DNA of 64,000 nucleotides from Candidatus Bathyarchaeia archaeon (lineage in GTDB: Archaea; Thermoproteota; CALKCG01; B24): positions 32,001-96,000 of the forward strand of contig JAVZJD010000001.1 in assembly GCA_038870975.1 (NCBI GenBank), given 5' to 3'. Below the pieces are notes generated by a model that ran no database searches, was not told the origin of the DNA, and was given only the letters and a program-made list of their open reading frames with translations. The position numbers and the translations under genes were made by a program. Positions 50,141 to 60,362 of the stretch are shown one piece after another; positions within the stretch are counted from its first letter, which is position 1; every line of letters begins with the position of its first letter.

Positions 50141-50550
50141 AAGAACGACTATACACTCTGAAAAATGGATGTGAAAAATCATTACATTGGTATTCACGTA
50201 GGAGTCAAATTTGGCGTATAAGTAAGATCCATTCATCAAAAGTCTTCACAGCAAAGCAGTTACGCCGCTTAGAAGAGACAATTGATACTTGAAGGAGTAT
50301 TCTGGCTCGTATAATCCCTCTGCAACTTAGAGTCCGGATCCCCGCCTCTCTACGACTTTAACCATACATAGAGGCGTAGGTCATGAGTACAACGTTCTTC
50401 CTTAACCTTTCAGAGTAATTTTTCTCCAAGCTTCTTCAGCTTGTTTAAAACTATATCGATTGTACTACAGCACTCTAAGATTAATCGTTATCTTCAGCTT
50501 CGTTCAATGATGGTATTTTAATTATTTTTAGACTTTAGCCGTGGAGGACG

Positions 50551-50964
50551 TTAAAAGTCGATGTTTGTGTTAAGCCATATTCTCTTAACTTCTTTAACTC
50601 TGTCGAAGTCTTCGTCTTCTGTTACTATATTGCTTATTCCAGTCTTCTCCATGGTGGCTAAGTGTACGGCGTCTGATGGTTTTAAGTTGTATTTTATGAG
50701 GTATTTTTCTGTGGGCTTTAAATCCTCCTCTTCGATGGGTATAACTTCTGTGCAAGGCAGAATGATGTCTCTTAAAAAGTTAAATGTGACATCGTAAGGA
50801 ACTCCATACTTTTTCGATATGTATAGTACTTCATCTACGACTAGCATGTTGATGAATAGTTCTTCTCCAAGAAGCTTTTTGAAAAGTTCTTCCAAAGGCC
50901 TCCTCGCTTCGTCGGTCATCACATTTAGATATATTAGAAAGCAGGAGTCTAGGAATATCTTCAA
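50551..50964 (-). CDS. vapC: VapC PIN-domain toxin
   Basis: IFLDS, VDE, PSDAVH, TEDEDF; start TTG at 50964. Confidence 0.9.
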   Translation of the reverse strand: MKIFLDSCFLIYLNVMTDEARRPLEELFKKLLGEELFINMLVVDEVLYISKKYGVPYDVTFNFLRDIILPCTEVIPIEEEDLKPTEKYLIKYNLKPSDAVHLATMEKTGISNIVTEDEDFDRVKEVKRIWLNTNIDF

Positions 50965-50965
50965 C

Positions 50966-51232
50966 TCACGCCTCCTCGAACTCCATTTCAAGGTAGGCTT
51001 TTTTAAGCTCACCTAGCTTTAGACTTAAAGCCCTGATTTCCCTGAGCTTTTCCACGTGCCTTTCAAGCCTATCCATTATCTCATCTGGCGACGGTCTTCC
51101 CCTTATCAAAAGACCTTCGGGAGCCGGCTCTATTACGACATGCCCTCCCTCCTGTATGCCATATCGATTCCTGAGCATCTTCGGGATGAATATTTGCCCT
51201 TTGTTTCCAACTTTTACTCTAAGTTCAACCAT
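50966..51232 (-). CDS. vapB: AbrB/MazE-type antitoxin
   Basis: KVGNKGQIFIPKMLRNRYGI; directly upstream of vapC. Confidence 0.88.
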   Translation of the reverse strand: MVELRVKVGNKGQIFIPKMLRNRYGIQEGGHVVIEPAPEGLLIRGRPSPDEIMDRLERHVEKLREIRALSLKLGELKKAYLEMEFEEA

Positions 51233-51322
51233 AGCTATCCAAAGCTATACTTAACTTAGAAAAATTTAAACTTTGATATATCGTGATGGGCTCGGAAAAC
51301 TTCTCTGATGGCGTGAATTTAA

Positions 51323-51526
51323 GGTATAGTCCCTCTGAACGGGTCTGATGTAAACCATACCGAGGCTCTTAAAACCATGAAAGACATAGATGGAGGCACG
51401 TATGAAAGCCCTGCAATCGCAGACTTTAGTGGCATGACGCTCTGCAAAGCCGACGAGGCGTCAAATGTGAAGACGTTTGACGAAGACTTCCAAAAGCTAG
51501 AAGGATTCAACATAATTGGAGTCTAA
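51323..51526 (+). pseudogene. PIN/VapC C-terminal remnant
   Basis: My translation: ...IADFSGMTLCKADEASNVKTFDEDFQKLEGFNIIGV*; no N-terminus. Confidence 0.45.
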
Positions 51527-51859
51527 GGCATGAGAAATTATGACGGGTTTCCTCAAAACATAAGCCATCTATACTTGAATCACTTTCAATATAACTCCTG
51601 GGCTAATACTAGCCATATATTATACGTTTAAACCGACCCGACCTTCTTCAGAAGTGTTTGAAATTTATTTGCTAAATGTATGCTTTAGTGGAAGCTTGCA
51701 ATAATCTACTACTCTTACCATGATGCATTCAATTATGAGTCTTTTCCACATCCCTAACGGCATGACCTTCATAGGCATCTTGTAGTTTACGTTCCTCAAT
51801 ATGATGACAGGTTTTATTTATACAACATCATATTCCATGAAGAGTTTAAGTGCATATGA

Positions 51860-52110
51860 GTTGACTTTAAAAGTAGAACTAAGGATAGGGAGAAGTAGAA
51901 GCTTCCTAACCATTCCAGCTCTAATAAAGATAGCCTTGAAGCTGAAGAACCTCAACTAGTCATACCGATAAAACTGGCTGAAGCTTTAAGCTTAACGAAC
52001 TATGGGCATCGATAGAGGATTTAAGCGTAACTGGAGAAGCCTTAGACTATGGACTTGAAGCGTTTATGAACGTAAAACTTCTACTGAGGATAGAGAACAA
52101 GTGAAAATTT
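51860..52110 (+). pseudogene. Second decayed copy of the aspartyl-protease-like gene
   Basis: EAEEPQLVIPIKLAEALSL fragment; nucleotide similarity to 49863-49929. Confidence 0.45.
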
Positions 52111-52181
52111 GAAGTTACCATTAAATAATAACTCGACTTCACATAATAAGGTGGTTGTAATTTTTCAGGAGAAAACAATAG

Positions 52182-53063
52182 TTAGTATCTAAGGAGTAGT
52201 TCCTCTGGTCTGTAAAACTCCTCCGTAGCTTTTAAAAGCCATATTCTCGCTTCTTTAGCCTTCTCTATGAGTTCAACCATTGGTAAGGAGACGTACATCA
52301 CAAGTATGATGTTCTTCCTAAGCTTCTCAGGATGGTTTTCTCTAAGCTTATTCAGCTTGTTTAAAAGCTCGTCTACAAGCCCAGCTCCAGCTCTAACAGT
52401 AGCTTCTCCGATTACACATACATCGTCTGAAACCCCGTAAACGTTCAACTCCAGGTCTGGAAGAATGAGCGAAGTCAAATCGACGTTTATACCGATCTCC
52501 TTAAGCCTATGTTTAACCACGGACTTAGCTTCATCTTCAACATCTATTGTGAGCTTCTCTAAAGTCTTCTCAACTCTGCTGAGCCTAGTGTCCATTCTGC
52601 CGATAATGGCGAGCATTTCATTGAAATCTTCCCTGAGCTTGTTAAAATCTTCCCTAAGCCTTACCTGCTCCTCCCTTAGGTTTTTCTGCTCCTCCCTCAA
52701 CTTCACCTGTTCCTCCCTTAGGTTTTTCTGCTCCTCCCTGATGGACGCTATTTCTCTCCAAATTTTAGTCTGCTCTTCCCTAAGCCTTACCTGCTCCTCC
52801 CTTAGGTTTTTCTGCTCCTCCCTCAACTTCACCTGTTCCTCCCTTAGGTTTTTCTGCTCCTCCCTGATGGACGCTATTTCTCTCCAAATTTTAGTCTGCT
52901 CTTCCCTAAGCCTTACCTGCTCCTCCCTTAGGTTTTTCTGCTCCTCCGCTATTGCGTCAAGCCTTTTGAGAACTTCAGATAGGCCTAAGTACCCCGCCAC
53001 GGCATAGCGGAACTCTAAATCCTTATCTAAAAGCTCTAAAATCTCACGTTTTAAAGACTCCAT
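52182..53063 (-). CDS. Heptad-repeat coiled-coil protein with C-terminal globular, possibly PD-(D/E)xK-like, domain
   Basis: LLDKDLEFRYAVAGYLG N-terminus, LREEQxx repeats, ELNVYG...IGEATVR. Confidence 0.75.
   Translation of the reverse strand: MESLKREILELLDKDLEFRYAVAGYLGLSEVLKRLDAIAEEQKNLREEQVRLREEQTKIWREIASIREEQKNLREEQVKLREEQKNLREEQVRLREEQTKIWREIASIREEQKNLREEQVKLREEQKNLREEQVRLREDFNKLREDFNEMLAIIGRMDTRLSRVEKTLEKLTIDVEDEAKSVVKHRLKEIGINVDLTSLILPDLELNVYGVSDDVCVIGEATVRAGAGLVDELLNKLNKLRENHPEKLRKNIILVMYVSLPMVELIEKAKEARIWLLKATEEFYRPEELLLRY
52648..52947. repeat. Perfect 126-bp tandem repeat (~2.4 copies) built from 21-bp heptad units
   Basis: tccctaagccttacc recurs at 52651, 52777 and 52903. Confidence 0.9.
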
Positions 53064-53242
53064 AGATGTCAGTTAAAGTCTACAGAAGACTCATATTTAA
53101 ACTATGAGCTAAACGGTTTAACTCAAGTTGAATGTAAGATGGTTTAGCTTATGGTATGCGATTTAAACACCGCCAGTATGTTGGGTGTCCCTAGAGGCCT
53201 TCGCAGTGTATCTACGTTAAAAATGATTCACTAGTATCCGCT

Positions 53243-53551
53243 CTAAACAACCATAGTGTCTTTCCCAGTAGGGGGCTTAATCTGTTTAAGCTTCTCTACG
53301 ACCTCTGGATGCTTCTTCTCAAGCTCTTTCAAAGACTTATCTATCAGCCTATTCAACTCGTCCATGTTTTTAGCCCTCTCAAACATCTTAATAGACTTAT
53401 CCATCCAATCTATAAGGATTTTATGCTGTTTCAACTCCTCCTCAAGTCTTTTCATCTCCTCCTTAGCCCTATTATACCTCTCTACTAACTCGTTTAAATT
53501 CTTCTTGAGAAGCGAAATATATGCTTTTATAGTCTCATCCTCTTCACCCAT
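53243..53551 (-). CDS. Small coiled-coil hypothetical protein
   Basis: K/E-rich heptads; start MGEED. Confidence 0.65.
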   Translation of the reverse strand: MGEEDETIKAYISLLKKNLNELVERYNRAKEEMKRLEEELKQHKILIDWMDKSIKMFERAKNMDELNRLIDKSLKELEKKHPEVVEKLKQIKPPTGKDTMVV

Positions 53552-53701
53552 CGCGCGCTCAGCCTTATTGATATATGTCAAATCGAACGTTTAACCTTAT
53601 CTGAAGACTTCAAATTTCAAGGTTTGACTATCTACGTAATGGAGGGGGTCGGTCATTAAGCTTTTATTTGGAAGACGTCTACTATTAATGGGCTTTTAAC
53701 C

Positions 53702-56269
53702 TTGTCCCACATAGCTAAGAGGACTTTAGAGGCTTCAATCGTAATTCTCTTAGTAATGCTTACAACATATGCTTACGTCGTCATCCTAGGCGGTTTACCG
53801 TACGACCTGCTGATGGATGCATATGGACTTTTAAAACGCAACTTTGAACTGGTAAACTACTGCTGGATTTCAGAAGGGCTTGGTAGAGCAAACGATAGAC
53901 TAGCTTTTACGACGTCATACATTCTTCTAGCTCTTCTAAACTCTCTAGGAGTCGATTTGAGCTCAGCCTGCTTAATTTTCCTACTCCTCTTATGGGTTTT
54001 AGGCGGAGGCTCTATGTATCTACTGGTTAAAAGGTTTTCGAGAAGTCGATTAACCGGTTTAACAGCCATGTTTATATACCTTGGAGCAGCTACAGCTTTA
54101 AGAGGTCTATGGCGAAGCTTAGACGCCTCAGCTTTATATGTTTTAATGCCTCTTGTCCTTTTAACGGTAGATGAAGCGCATAAGAGGAGAGACCCCCTTT
54201 ATGGATTCTACACGGCTTTAACATGTACTCTATTTTCAGGAGCATTAGCTAAACTCGGCAACCTAGCCGTTTTAATCCTGACAATCTTAGCGTACTTTAC
54301 CGTTAAAACGTACGGAGAAGATGTAAAGTTGAAGACGGTTATGCTTTTTTTGACGACGGCTGGATTCTCATGGCTCATGATGAACATCTGGTGGATAGCT
54401 ATACCTCCAAGCTTAAACGTTGAAAGCTTTAATCCGATATGTTTAATAGCCTTTCCCGTATCCGCTTTAACGCTTCTACTAGCATCTAGAGTAGACAAAA
54501 TGGATATGATACAAGCTTTAGCGATAATCTCCCCAGCTTTAGTTTTAATGGATCCACGTGAAGTTGTTTCGTTAAACGTCTCTCCTGAGGTTTTAGTCAT
54601 AATCTCAGTAGATGCCACGATTCTAGTGGCTTTAGGTCTTAAAAGATTCTCAGAGGTTTTTAGCAACTATATATCCATATCGCTCGTCCTAGAGGGGGAT
54701 GGTGTTAGAGAATACGACCTTGTAAAACCCGTTGTTTTTCTAATAGCTTCAGGTGTAATCCTCTACCAAGGTTTAACCATTCCACCACTATGGACCAGCA
54801 GTTTAAACATACCTGAGTACTATGGAGAGTTAGCACATCTACTCCCACCCGGAGACTATAGGATTCTAACGATGCCAGTTACATGGGGGGAAGTCTTCTA
54901 TTATTGGAGTGATAGGAAGTATGAGAAGCCAGTCGAAAGCCTAGTACTAGATAAATCAACAGTCTACGGCCGTGAATTCACTGTTCTCAACGATTTAACC
55001 CGAAAAGCAGGGTTCTGGAGGATTCTATCCACTTTAAACGTTAAATTCATACTGCTCCATTACGATGTCAGCCAAGATGATCTTCAAAACGTAGATCCAA
55101 GGCTTATAGAGACGAGGCTTAACTACAGCTTCATAGTGGAGCCGAGCTTAGCCAATGGAATTGTCAATGTAGCATCTGAAGCTGTTAAACCTATTACGAG
55201 GGATTTAGGATTCGTCCAGCTCATCAACTTCAACCCAGAGACATATCATTACATTGAAGCCAGATGCGTAGAGGAAGAGGAAGCACAGTCTGAAATCCAT
55301 CTATTTGCATATGGAGAAGCCTGTGCGAGCGAAGAGCCGAACTTGAATCAAACCTTCAGCTTTGCATACATTCTTCCAAGAGCGATGAACTGGCTTGACT
55401 ACAACTACTTAGAGTTTTGGATTAAGATAAACAGTTCAGACACGATCACGATTCAAGTTCAAGACGTCTTCGGCCATTGGGCTCTATGGCGGTTAAACCT
55501 GAAAGAGCGGGATTGGAACCTCGCAATCATATGGTTGAATGACGCGGATTTAGACGTAGGTCTAGATAGGTCGAAAGTAGCTGCTATTGTTTTCTCAGTG
55601 CATTCCAAGATAGGTAGAATCGTAGAAGTTGAAGTTGGCGGTATTTTCTTAGACGAGGGGGTTGTATTGGGCGCTAAGCCTATAGAACTATTTGGAAAGT
55701 TTAACCATCAGCTTACAGTGTATAGGCTTCTGGATGGGTTTGAAACACCGAATGTTTACGCGGTTGAAGAAGTTTTGAAGAGCGAAGGGGATATTTTTGA
55801 AAACATTCTGAAGGATGAATTTGACCCTAGGAGCAAAGCCTACGTAGATGGTGAAATTCTACAGGTCTCCCACGCCGAATTAGAATACGTAAAGCTGGAG
55901 CCTACGAAATATAGAGTTACAGTTCACAATTTCCAAGATAGGTTTCTAATAGTTCTAAGTGAAAAGTTCGACCCAGGGTGGGCTCTGTATGTCGGTGAAC
56001 CATATTTGATGAACATGTTGATCGAAGCAAAGCATCAAAATGTAAAACACGTGAAAGTTAACGGTTTCTTAAACGGATGGTATATTGAAGCTGAAGAAGT
56101 TAAACCCCTCACATTAACCATAGTATACAGACCTCAGCTTCAGTTAGAAGTGCTTAGAATAGTCTCCACGGTGTTCATGATTCTAAGCATCACTATTATT
56201 CTACTTAGAAAGAAGACTGTCAGTGTGCTAAAGCATATAAAGACATATGGTAGAGAAACTGATAGATAG
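53702..56269 (+). CDS. Large polytopic membrane protein, GT-C/YfhO-like, with extracellular CBM-like domain
   Basis: ~12 TM, IPEYY..YRILTMP, LNVKFILLHYD, LSEKFDPGW, VNGFLNGW, terminal TM. Confidence 0.65.
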   Translation: MSHIAKRTLEASIVILLVMLTTYAYVVILGGLPYDLLMDAYGLLKRNFELVNYCWISEGLGRANDRLAFTTSYILLALLNSLGVDLSSACLIFLLLLWVLGGGSMYLLVKRFSRSRLTGLTAMFIYLGAATALRGLWRSLDASALYVLMPLVLLTVDEAHKRRDPLYGFYTALTCTLFSGALAKLGNLAVLILTILAYFTVKTYGEDVKLKTVMLFLTTAGFSWLMMNIWWIAIPPSLNVESFNPICLIAFPVSALTLLLASRVDKMDMIQALAIISPALVLMDPREVVSLNVSPEVLVIISVDATILVALGLKRFSEVFSNYISISLVLEGDGVREYDLVKPVVFLIASGVILYQGLTIPPLWTSSLNIPEYYGELAHLLPPGDYRILTMPVTWGEVFYYWSDRKYEKPVESLVLDKSTVYGREFTVLNDLTRKAGFWRILSTLNVKFILLHYDVSQDDLQNVDPRLIETRLNYSFIVEPSLANGIVNVASEAVKPITRDLGFVQLINFNPETYHYIEARCVEEEEAQSEIHLFAYGEACASEEPNLNQTFSFAYILPRAMNWLDYNYLEFWIKINSSDTITIQVQDVFGHWALWRLNLKERDWNLAIIWLNDADLDVGLDRSKVAAIVFSVHSKIGRIVEVEVGGIFLDEGVVLGAKPIELFGKFNHQLTVYRLLDGFETPNVYAVEEVLKSEGDIFENILKDEFDPRSKAYVDGEILQVSHAELEYVKLEPTKYRVTVHNFQDRFLIVLSEKFDPGWALYVGEPYLMNMLIEAKHQNVKHVKVNGFLNGWYIEAEEVKPLTLTIVYRPQLQLEVLRIVSTVFMILSITIILLRKKTVSVLKHIKTYGRETDR

Positions 56270-56270
56270 T

Positions 56271-57026
56271 ATGAGCGGGGTTTGCGCCGCCGTACTATGC
56301 GGCGGTGTTGGCAGTAGGCTCAGACCTTTAACATACTACTTCCAGAAGGCTATGATACCTGTGGGCTCTAAACAGAAGCCTCTGCTTGAATACATAATCC
56401 TCTTACTGAGGAAGAACGGCGTTGAGAACGTTAACCTTCTCTGCGGTTACAAGTATCAGCAGATCGTAAACTATTTTGGAAGTGGCGAGAGGTTTAATGT
56501 AAAGATAAACTACATAGTAGATAAGAAGGGGTTTAGAGGAACCGGTTGGGCCATGGTGAACGCTTACGAGCAGGGATACTTCGACGGATTTGGAAATATA
56601 CTTGTATACTATGGAGACATATTAACTAATCTTAACATTAGAGACCTAATAAACTACCATGAAAATTCAAATTCTACAGCCACAGTAGCAGTTTCTAGAG
56701 GATATAGGCTTCCAGTTGGAGTAGCCTACATAGAAGGGGCTAGAATAGTTAGATTTGAAGAGAAGCCCCTAATTAACATACCAGTCTGCATAGGGATTAT
56801 GATCCTGAGAAGAGAAGCTTTCAAAATTATGGCTGAGGTATCTAGAAAATATATCAATGAAGAATACGACTTGATGGGGCATTTAATCCCCGAACTAACG
56901 AATAGAGGAAAACTTGTGTATGCATACGATACGGATGCATCATGGTATGACGTAGGTTCGACTGAAAAATACGAAAAACTCGACAACAGTTTTGCGGATA
57001 GGCTTCTAGAGTTTTTGGAGAGATGA
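56271..57026 (+). CDS. Sugar-phosphate nucleotidyltransferase
   Basis: LCGGVGSRLRPLT..KAMIPV, YGD, WYDVG. Confidence 0.88.
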   Translation: MSGVCAAVLCGGVGSRLRPLTYYFQKAMIPVGSKQKPLLEYIILLLRKNGVENVNLLCGYKYQQIVNYFGSGERFNVKINYIVDKKGFRGTGWAMVNAYEQGYFDGFGNILVYYGDILTNLNIRDLINYHENSNSTATVAVSRGYRLPVGVAYIEGARIVRFEEKPLINIPVCIGIMILRREAFKIMAEVSRKYINEEYDLMGHLIPELTNRGKLVYAYDTDASWYDVGSTEKYEKLDNSFADRLLEFLER

Positions 57027-57050
57027 CTAAAGAGACTATTAAACTACAAA

Positions 57051-57638
57051 CTACGGCTCTCGGTTTGAAGGTAGATTCTCTCTAATCCATACTGCTAGTT
57101 CTCTAAAGGCTTTAGCTCTATGAGAAAACCTATTCTTCTCCTCAGTAGACATTTCAGCAAAAGTTCTCCCATCTCCTTCTAACGGCTGAAATATCGGGTC
57201 AAATCCGAACCCTCCGGAGCCTCTAGGCTCACTGGTTATTAATCCCTCCACTCTACCTTGGAAAACCTTGGCTGGTTTTCCAGGCTCAGCATATGCCACG
57301 ACCGATAGGAAATAGGCATATCGGTCGCTTACACCATTCATAAGTCTTAGAACACCGTTTAAACCTATGGTTTTAAGTATGTAGGACGAGTATGGACCCG
57401 GGAAGCCGTTGAGACCCCTTATGAATAGACCAGCGTCCTCTACAACCACTTTAAAACCTAGACGGCCCGATAATTCCTTAGCGGCGTAAGAGGCTATGTC
57501 TTCTAAGCTATCAGACTGTATTTCAATCTTATCAGCCTCCAGCATGGTCAGTTTTAAACCTAGGCTTTCAAAGATAAGCTTGGCTTCTCTAAACTTCCCC
57601 TTATTTCTAGTAGCAAAGTAGAAGTCCATATCTCCCAC
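57051..57638 (-). CDS. rdgB: XTP/dITP diphosphatase (HAM1 family)
   Basis: ATRNKGK, EDAGL, GFPGPYS, GFGFDPIF, KNRFSHR. Confidence 0.93.
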   Translation of the reverse strand: MGDMDFYFATRNKGKFREAKLIFESLGLKLTMLEADKIEIQSDSLEDIASYAAKELSGRLGFKVVVEDAGLFIRGLNGFPGPYSSYILKTIGLNGVLRLMNGVSDRYAYFLSVVAYAEPGKPAKVFQGRVEGLITSEPRGSGGFGFDPIFQPLEGDGRTFAEMSTEEKNRFSHRAKAFRELAVWIRENLPSNREP

Positions 57639-57872
57639 GCTCTTAATTGACTACGGGCTGAGTACATGATCCCCCAGTAGAGATACTCGTATTTAAACCA
57701 CCTATTCCCTATTCTAAAGAAGGTTAAATTTAACTTACCTTATTAAGTTGAGATTGTAGAGTTTAAAAACGGCATTAGATGGAAAAGCGGTTAGGGGATT
57801 ATAGGATATTTAATATCCTAGATTAAACACTCGCTCCACTGAAATTAGAGTAACGTCTTAATTCGATGAGCT

Positions 57873-58940
57873 TTAGAAGCCTAGTGAATGGGATAAATCT
57901 AAAGAGTAAAGCGTCTGCTCATAGTATTTGGGACCATATGTTAAAGTTATCTGGTAGAACAACTCTTTTAGAGACTCTACTCTCTCAAGCCATCCTTCAA
58001 CGTAAACCCTCTCGCCTTTAAAAGCCTGAAGTCTATATTCCTCCACATACGATACTATACGTTTTATGCCGTCTACTCTAAAGCCTTCCACTACGTCTTC
58101 AACTTCAACATCGTATACAGACGGCATGAAAGCCGCCTCATCGTCTCCGAGTATGGTTGCATAGGCTTTTAACCAGCCGAGTCTAACGATACTTCTTAGA
58201 GAACTATACTCGTTCGCGATTTCACCATAATCTTTAACAGGCTCAAACTCGACTTTGACAGGTCTAGCGTTTAACGGCTTATAAACGCCGTATATCAACT
58301 TCCTCTTTTGATGCGCTATGTATAGTTTGTAAGGGTAGTTTTTAAACTTCCATTTAAAACTTAAATCTTCAGATGGATGTTCAAACTCGTTGAATATAAA
58401 ACCCCCTTTGTAGAGGGCTGCCAGACAGTCTCTAAGCTCTTTCAAATTCTTCAGCCCATATATGACGAAATCTAAATCTGAAAAATTTGGATGGTAGAAT
58501 CCGAGGAGTAGGGAGCCGAAGACTCCAAAGTCCTCTAAATTCAACTTCGAAGAACACAGAATCATGTTGAGGACTTTCTCCAATGCTGTTAAAAGCTCAT
58601 CTTTCGAAGAATCTATCAGCCTAATTAAGGCATCCTTTGGAAGCCTAACCTCACCTATTCGGTTTTTAGGGACCCCTGGAAGGTATGCATTTAAAGGCCT
58701 ATAGTAGACTCTATACTCTGGAAAACGCTTATTTATGAGTTTAAACGGTTCATCTCCGTAGAGTTTGTAGTGGGATATTTTGCTACGTCCTCTTGGAGCC
58801 CTGGGATTATTGGAACTGTAGAGATTTGAAGGCACATATTCAAGGTCGCACAAGTATCCGTCAGGTGGATGAGAATACCCCAACACTCTAAATATTAAGC
58901 CGTTTGAACTTATGATATAATCTCTATCTCTTAGGCTCAT
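57873..58940 (-). CDS. Pol-beta superfamily nucleotidyltransferase (COG1665-like), paralog 2
   Basis: RDRD, GYSHP, GVFGS...SDLDFVIYG, C-terminal OB-like GWLE; start MSLRD. Confidence 0.75.
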   Translation of the reverse strand: MSLRDRDYIISSNGLIFRVLGYSHPPDGYLCDLEYVPSNLYSSNNPRAPRGRSKISHYKLYGDEPFKLINKRFPEYRVYYRPLNAYLPGVPKNRIGEVRLPKDALIRLIDSSKDELLTALEKVLNMILCSSKLNLEDFGVFGSLLLGFYHPNFSDLDFVIYGLKNLKELRDCLAALYKGGFIFNEFEHPSEDLSFKWKFKNYPYKLYIAHQKRKLIYGVYKPLNARPVKVEFEPVKDYGEIANEYSSLRSIVRLGWLKAYATILGDDEAAFMPSVYDVEVEDVVEGFRVDGIKRIVSYVEEYRLQAFKGERVYVEGWLERVESLKELFYQITLTYGPKYYEQTLYSLDLSHSLGF

Positions 58941-58941
58941 T

Positions 58942-59964
58942 TTAGTACAACTTCCTAACTTGAATGTACTCGCCCGGTCTACCTGAGCCGACGACAACCC
59001 TATACTTTTCAATGTTGCTTGAAGTAGATATTTCCCTTTCCAATAGACCTCGAACTTCGAGTAAGTCTCCTTCGGATGCTAAACCCCTATACGTACCATC
59101 CATGACGACAATATCCTTCGGCCTCATTTCAGGAGGCAATCTAGACTCTTCATTAACAGCTCGATAATCTGAAACCCTGTAGATTGCTGGTCTGAAGAAG
59201 GATTCCTCAGCAGATTCAACCATGCATCTAAACCTTACAGTCTTTATAGGCATCCTACGGTATGCTCCATAAACGTCTTTTATTTCATCAGACTTTCTAA
59301 CAGCGTTGAAAACGACTTTGAAACCCTTGTAAGAGATTTTATTTTTACGGAGTCTATCGAACTCATTCTCATACATGTATTTCATAACGTCTTTAGATAC
59401 TAATCCACTCACGGTATTCCTCACTTTTCTAAAGTTTAATCCTCCGTAGATCGCTACGTCAACATCGGGTTTTTCAGACAGCATATCTAAACAGAGAGAG
59501 CCATGTATACCAAAATTCTTCAATTCAATGTCGGAATTGGAGGAAATCAATTCAATCCATTCAACGGCCACATCCTCCACTGGAAGACGATTCTTTTTGC
59601 GTATAAGTCTAAATAGAGCATCCCTAGGTTTGAAAACACACTCTATTTTATCTTTAGGAACAGATGTTAAGACTTTAGAGTTGTATGGACATTCGTAGAC
59701 GTAATGTGGGAAGTTTTCACTGAAAACCCTTAAGATCTCTTGAAGATTCTCAGGACTGTAAAGTTTAACTGGTCTCACATACATCTCACTCTCATGCTTC
59801 CAAACCCACGGTAAAAACTCCATCTTAAATAAACTTTTAAAACGCTCCGGCACATACTTTAAATAGGCAATATAGCGATCATCAGGATGCTCATAACCGA
59901 AGACGTAGAAAATAAAGCCATCCTGAGTTTTAATGATATCTCCATCGACGAGTTTTTCAGACAT
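58942..59964 (-). CDS. Pol-beta superfamily nucleotidyltransferase (COG1665-like), paralog 1
   Basis: GYEHP, YLKY, GIHGS...[13 protein letters not shown]. Confidence 0.75.
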   Translation of the reverse strand: MSEKLVDGDIIKTQDGFIFYVFGYEHPDDRYIAYLKYVPERFKSLFKMEFLPWVWKHESEMYVRPVKLYSPENLQEILRVFSENFPHYVYECPYNSKVLTSVPKDKIECVFKPRDALFRLIRKKNRLPVEDVAVEWIELISSNSDIELKNFGIHGSLCLDMLSEKPDVDVAIYGGLNFRKVRNTVSGLVSKDVMKYMYENEFDRLRKNKISYKGFKVVFNAVRKSDEIKDVYGAYRRMPIKTVRFRCMVESAEESFFRPAIYRVSDYRAVNEESRLPPEMRPKDIVVMDGTYRGLASEGDLLEVRGLLEREISTSSNIEKYRVVVGSGRPGEYIQVRKLY

Positions 59965-60082
59965 GGGTTAATCCAAACCTCTGAAATGCTCTTAGAAAAA
60001 TCTAAGAGTAGAAGTTTAAAAAGGTTTAACCCATAAGCGAACTCAAAGATATATAAACTCACAATACATAGAAAGTTGCTGA

Positions 60083-60349
60083 ATGGTATACGAATCGCAG
60101 GCGTATTTAACATTAATACGTAATGTAGATAGAGGACTTAGAACTAGAACTTTGATAATAAAAGCTCTCAAAAGTGGATGTACGAGTATTGGAGAAGTTT
60201 CAAAAACCACAGGGTTAAAGTACCAGACCATCTTGAAACATATTAAGAAGATGGAGGAAGAAGGTATTGTTGTTAAACGCGGAGAGAAACCTGTAAAATG
60301 GCTTCTGACGGATAGAGGACAGAGAAGTATTTTAATCTACGGAACTTAA
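60083..60349 (+). CDS. ArsR-like winged-helix protein
   Basis: IGEVSKTTGLKYQTILKHIKKMEEEGIV...WLLTDRG. Confidence 0.75.
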   Translation: MVYESQAYLTLIRNVDRGLRTRTLIIKALKSGCTSIGEVSKTTGLKYQTILKHIKKMEEEGIVVKRGEKPVKWLLTDRGQRSILIYGT

Positions 60350-60362
60350 GGAGAATTTGTTT

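Larger units (their letters stand above)
49863..52036 (+). repeat. 67-bp imperfect direct repeat (49863-49929, 51970-52036) with 35-bp identical core
   Basis: gctttaagcttaacgaactatgggcatcgatagag at 49876-49910 and 51983-52017. Confidence 0.85.

Noticed and set aside
52648-52947. Possible CRISPR array
   Set aside because: Repeats are contiguous, in frame and spacer-less inside a coding gene.
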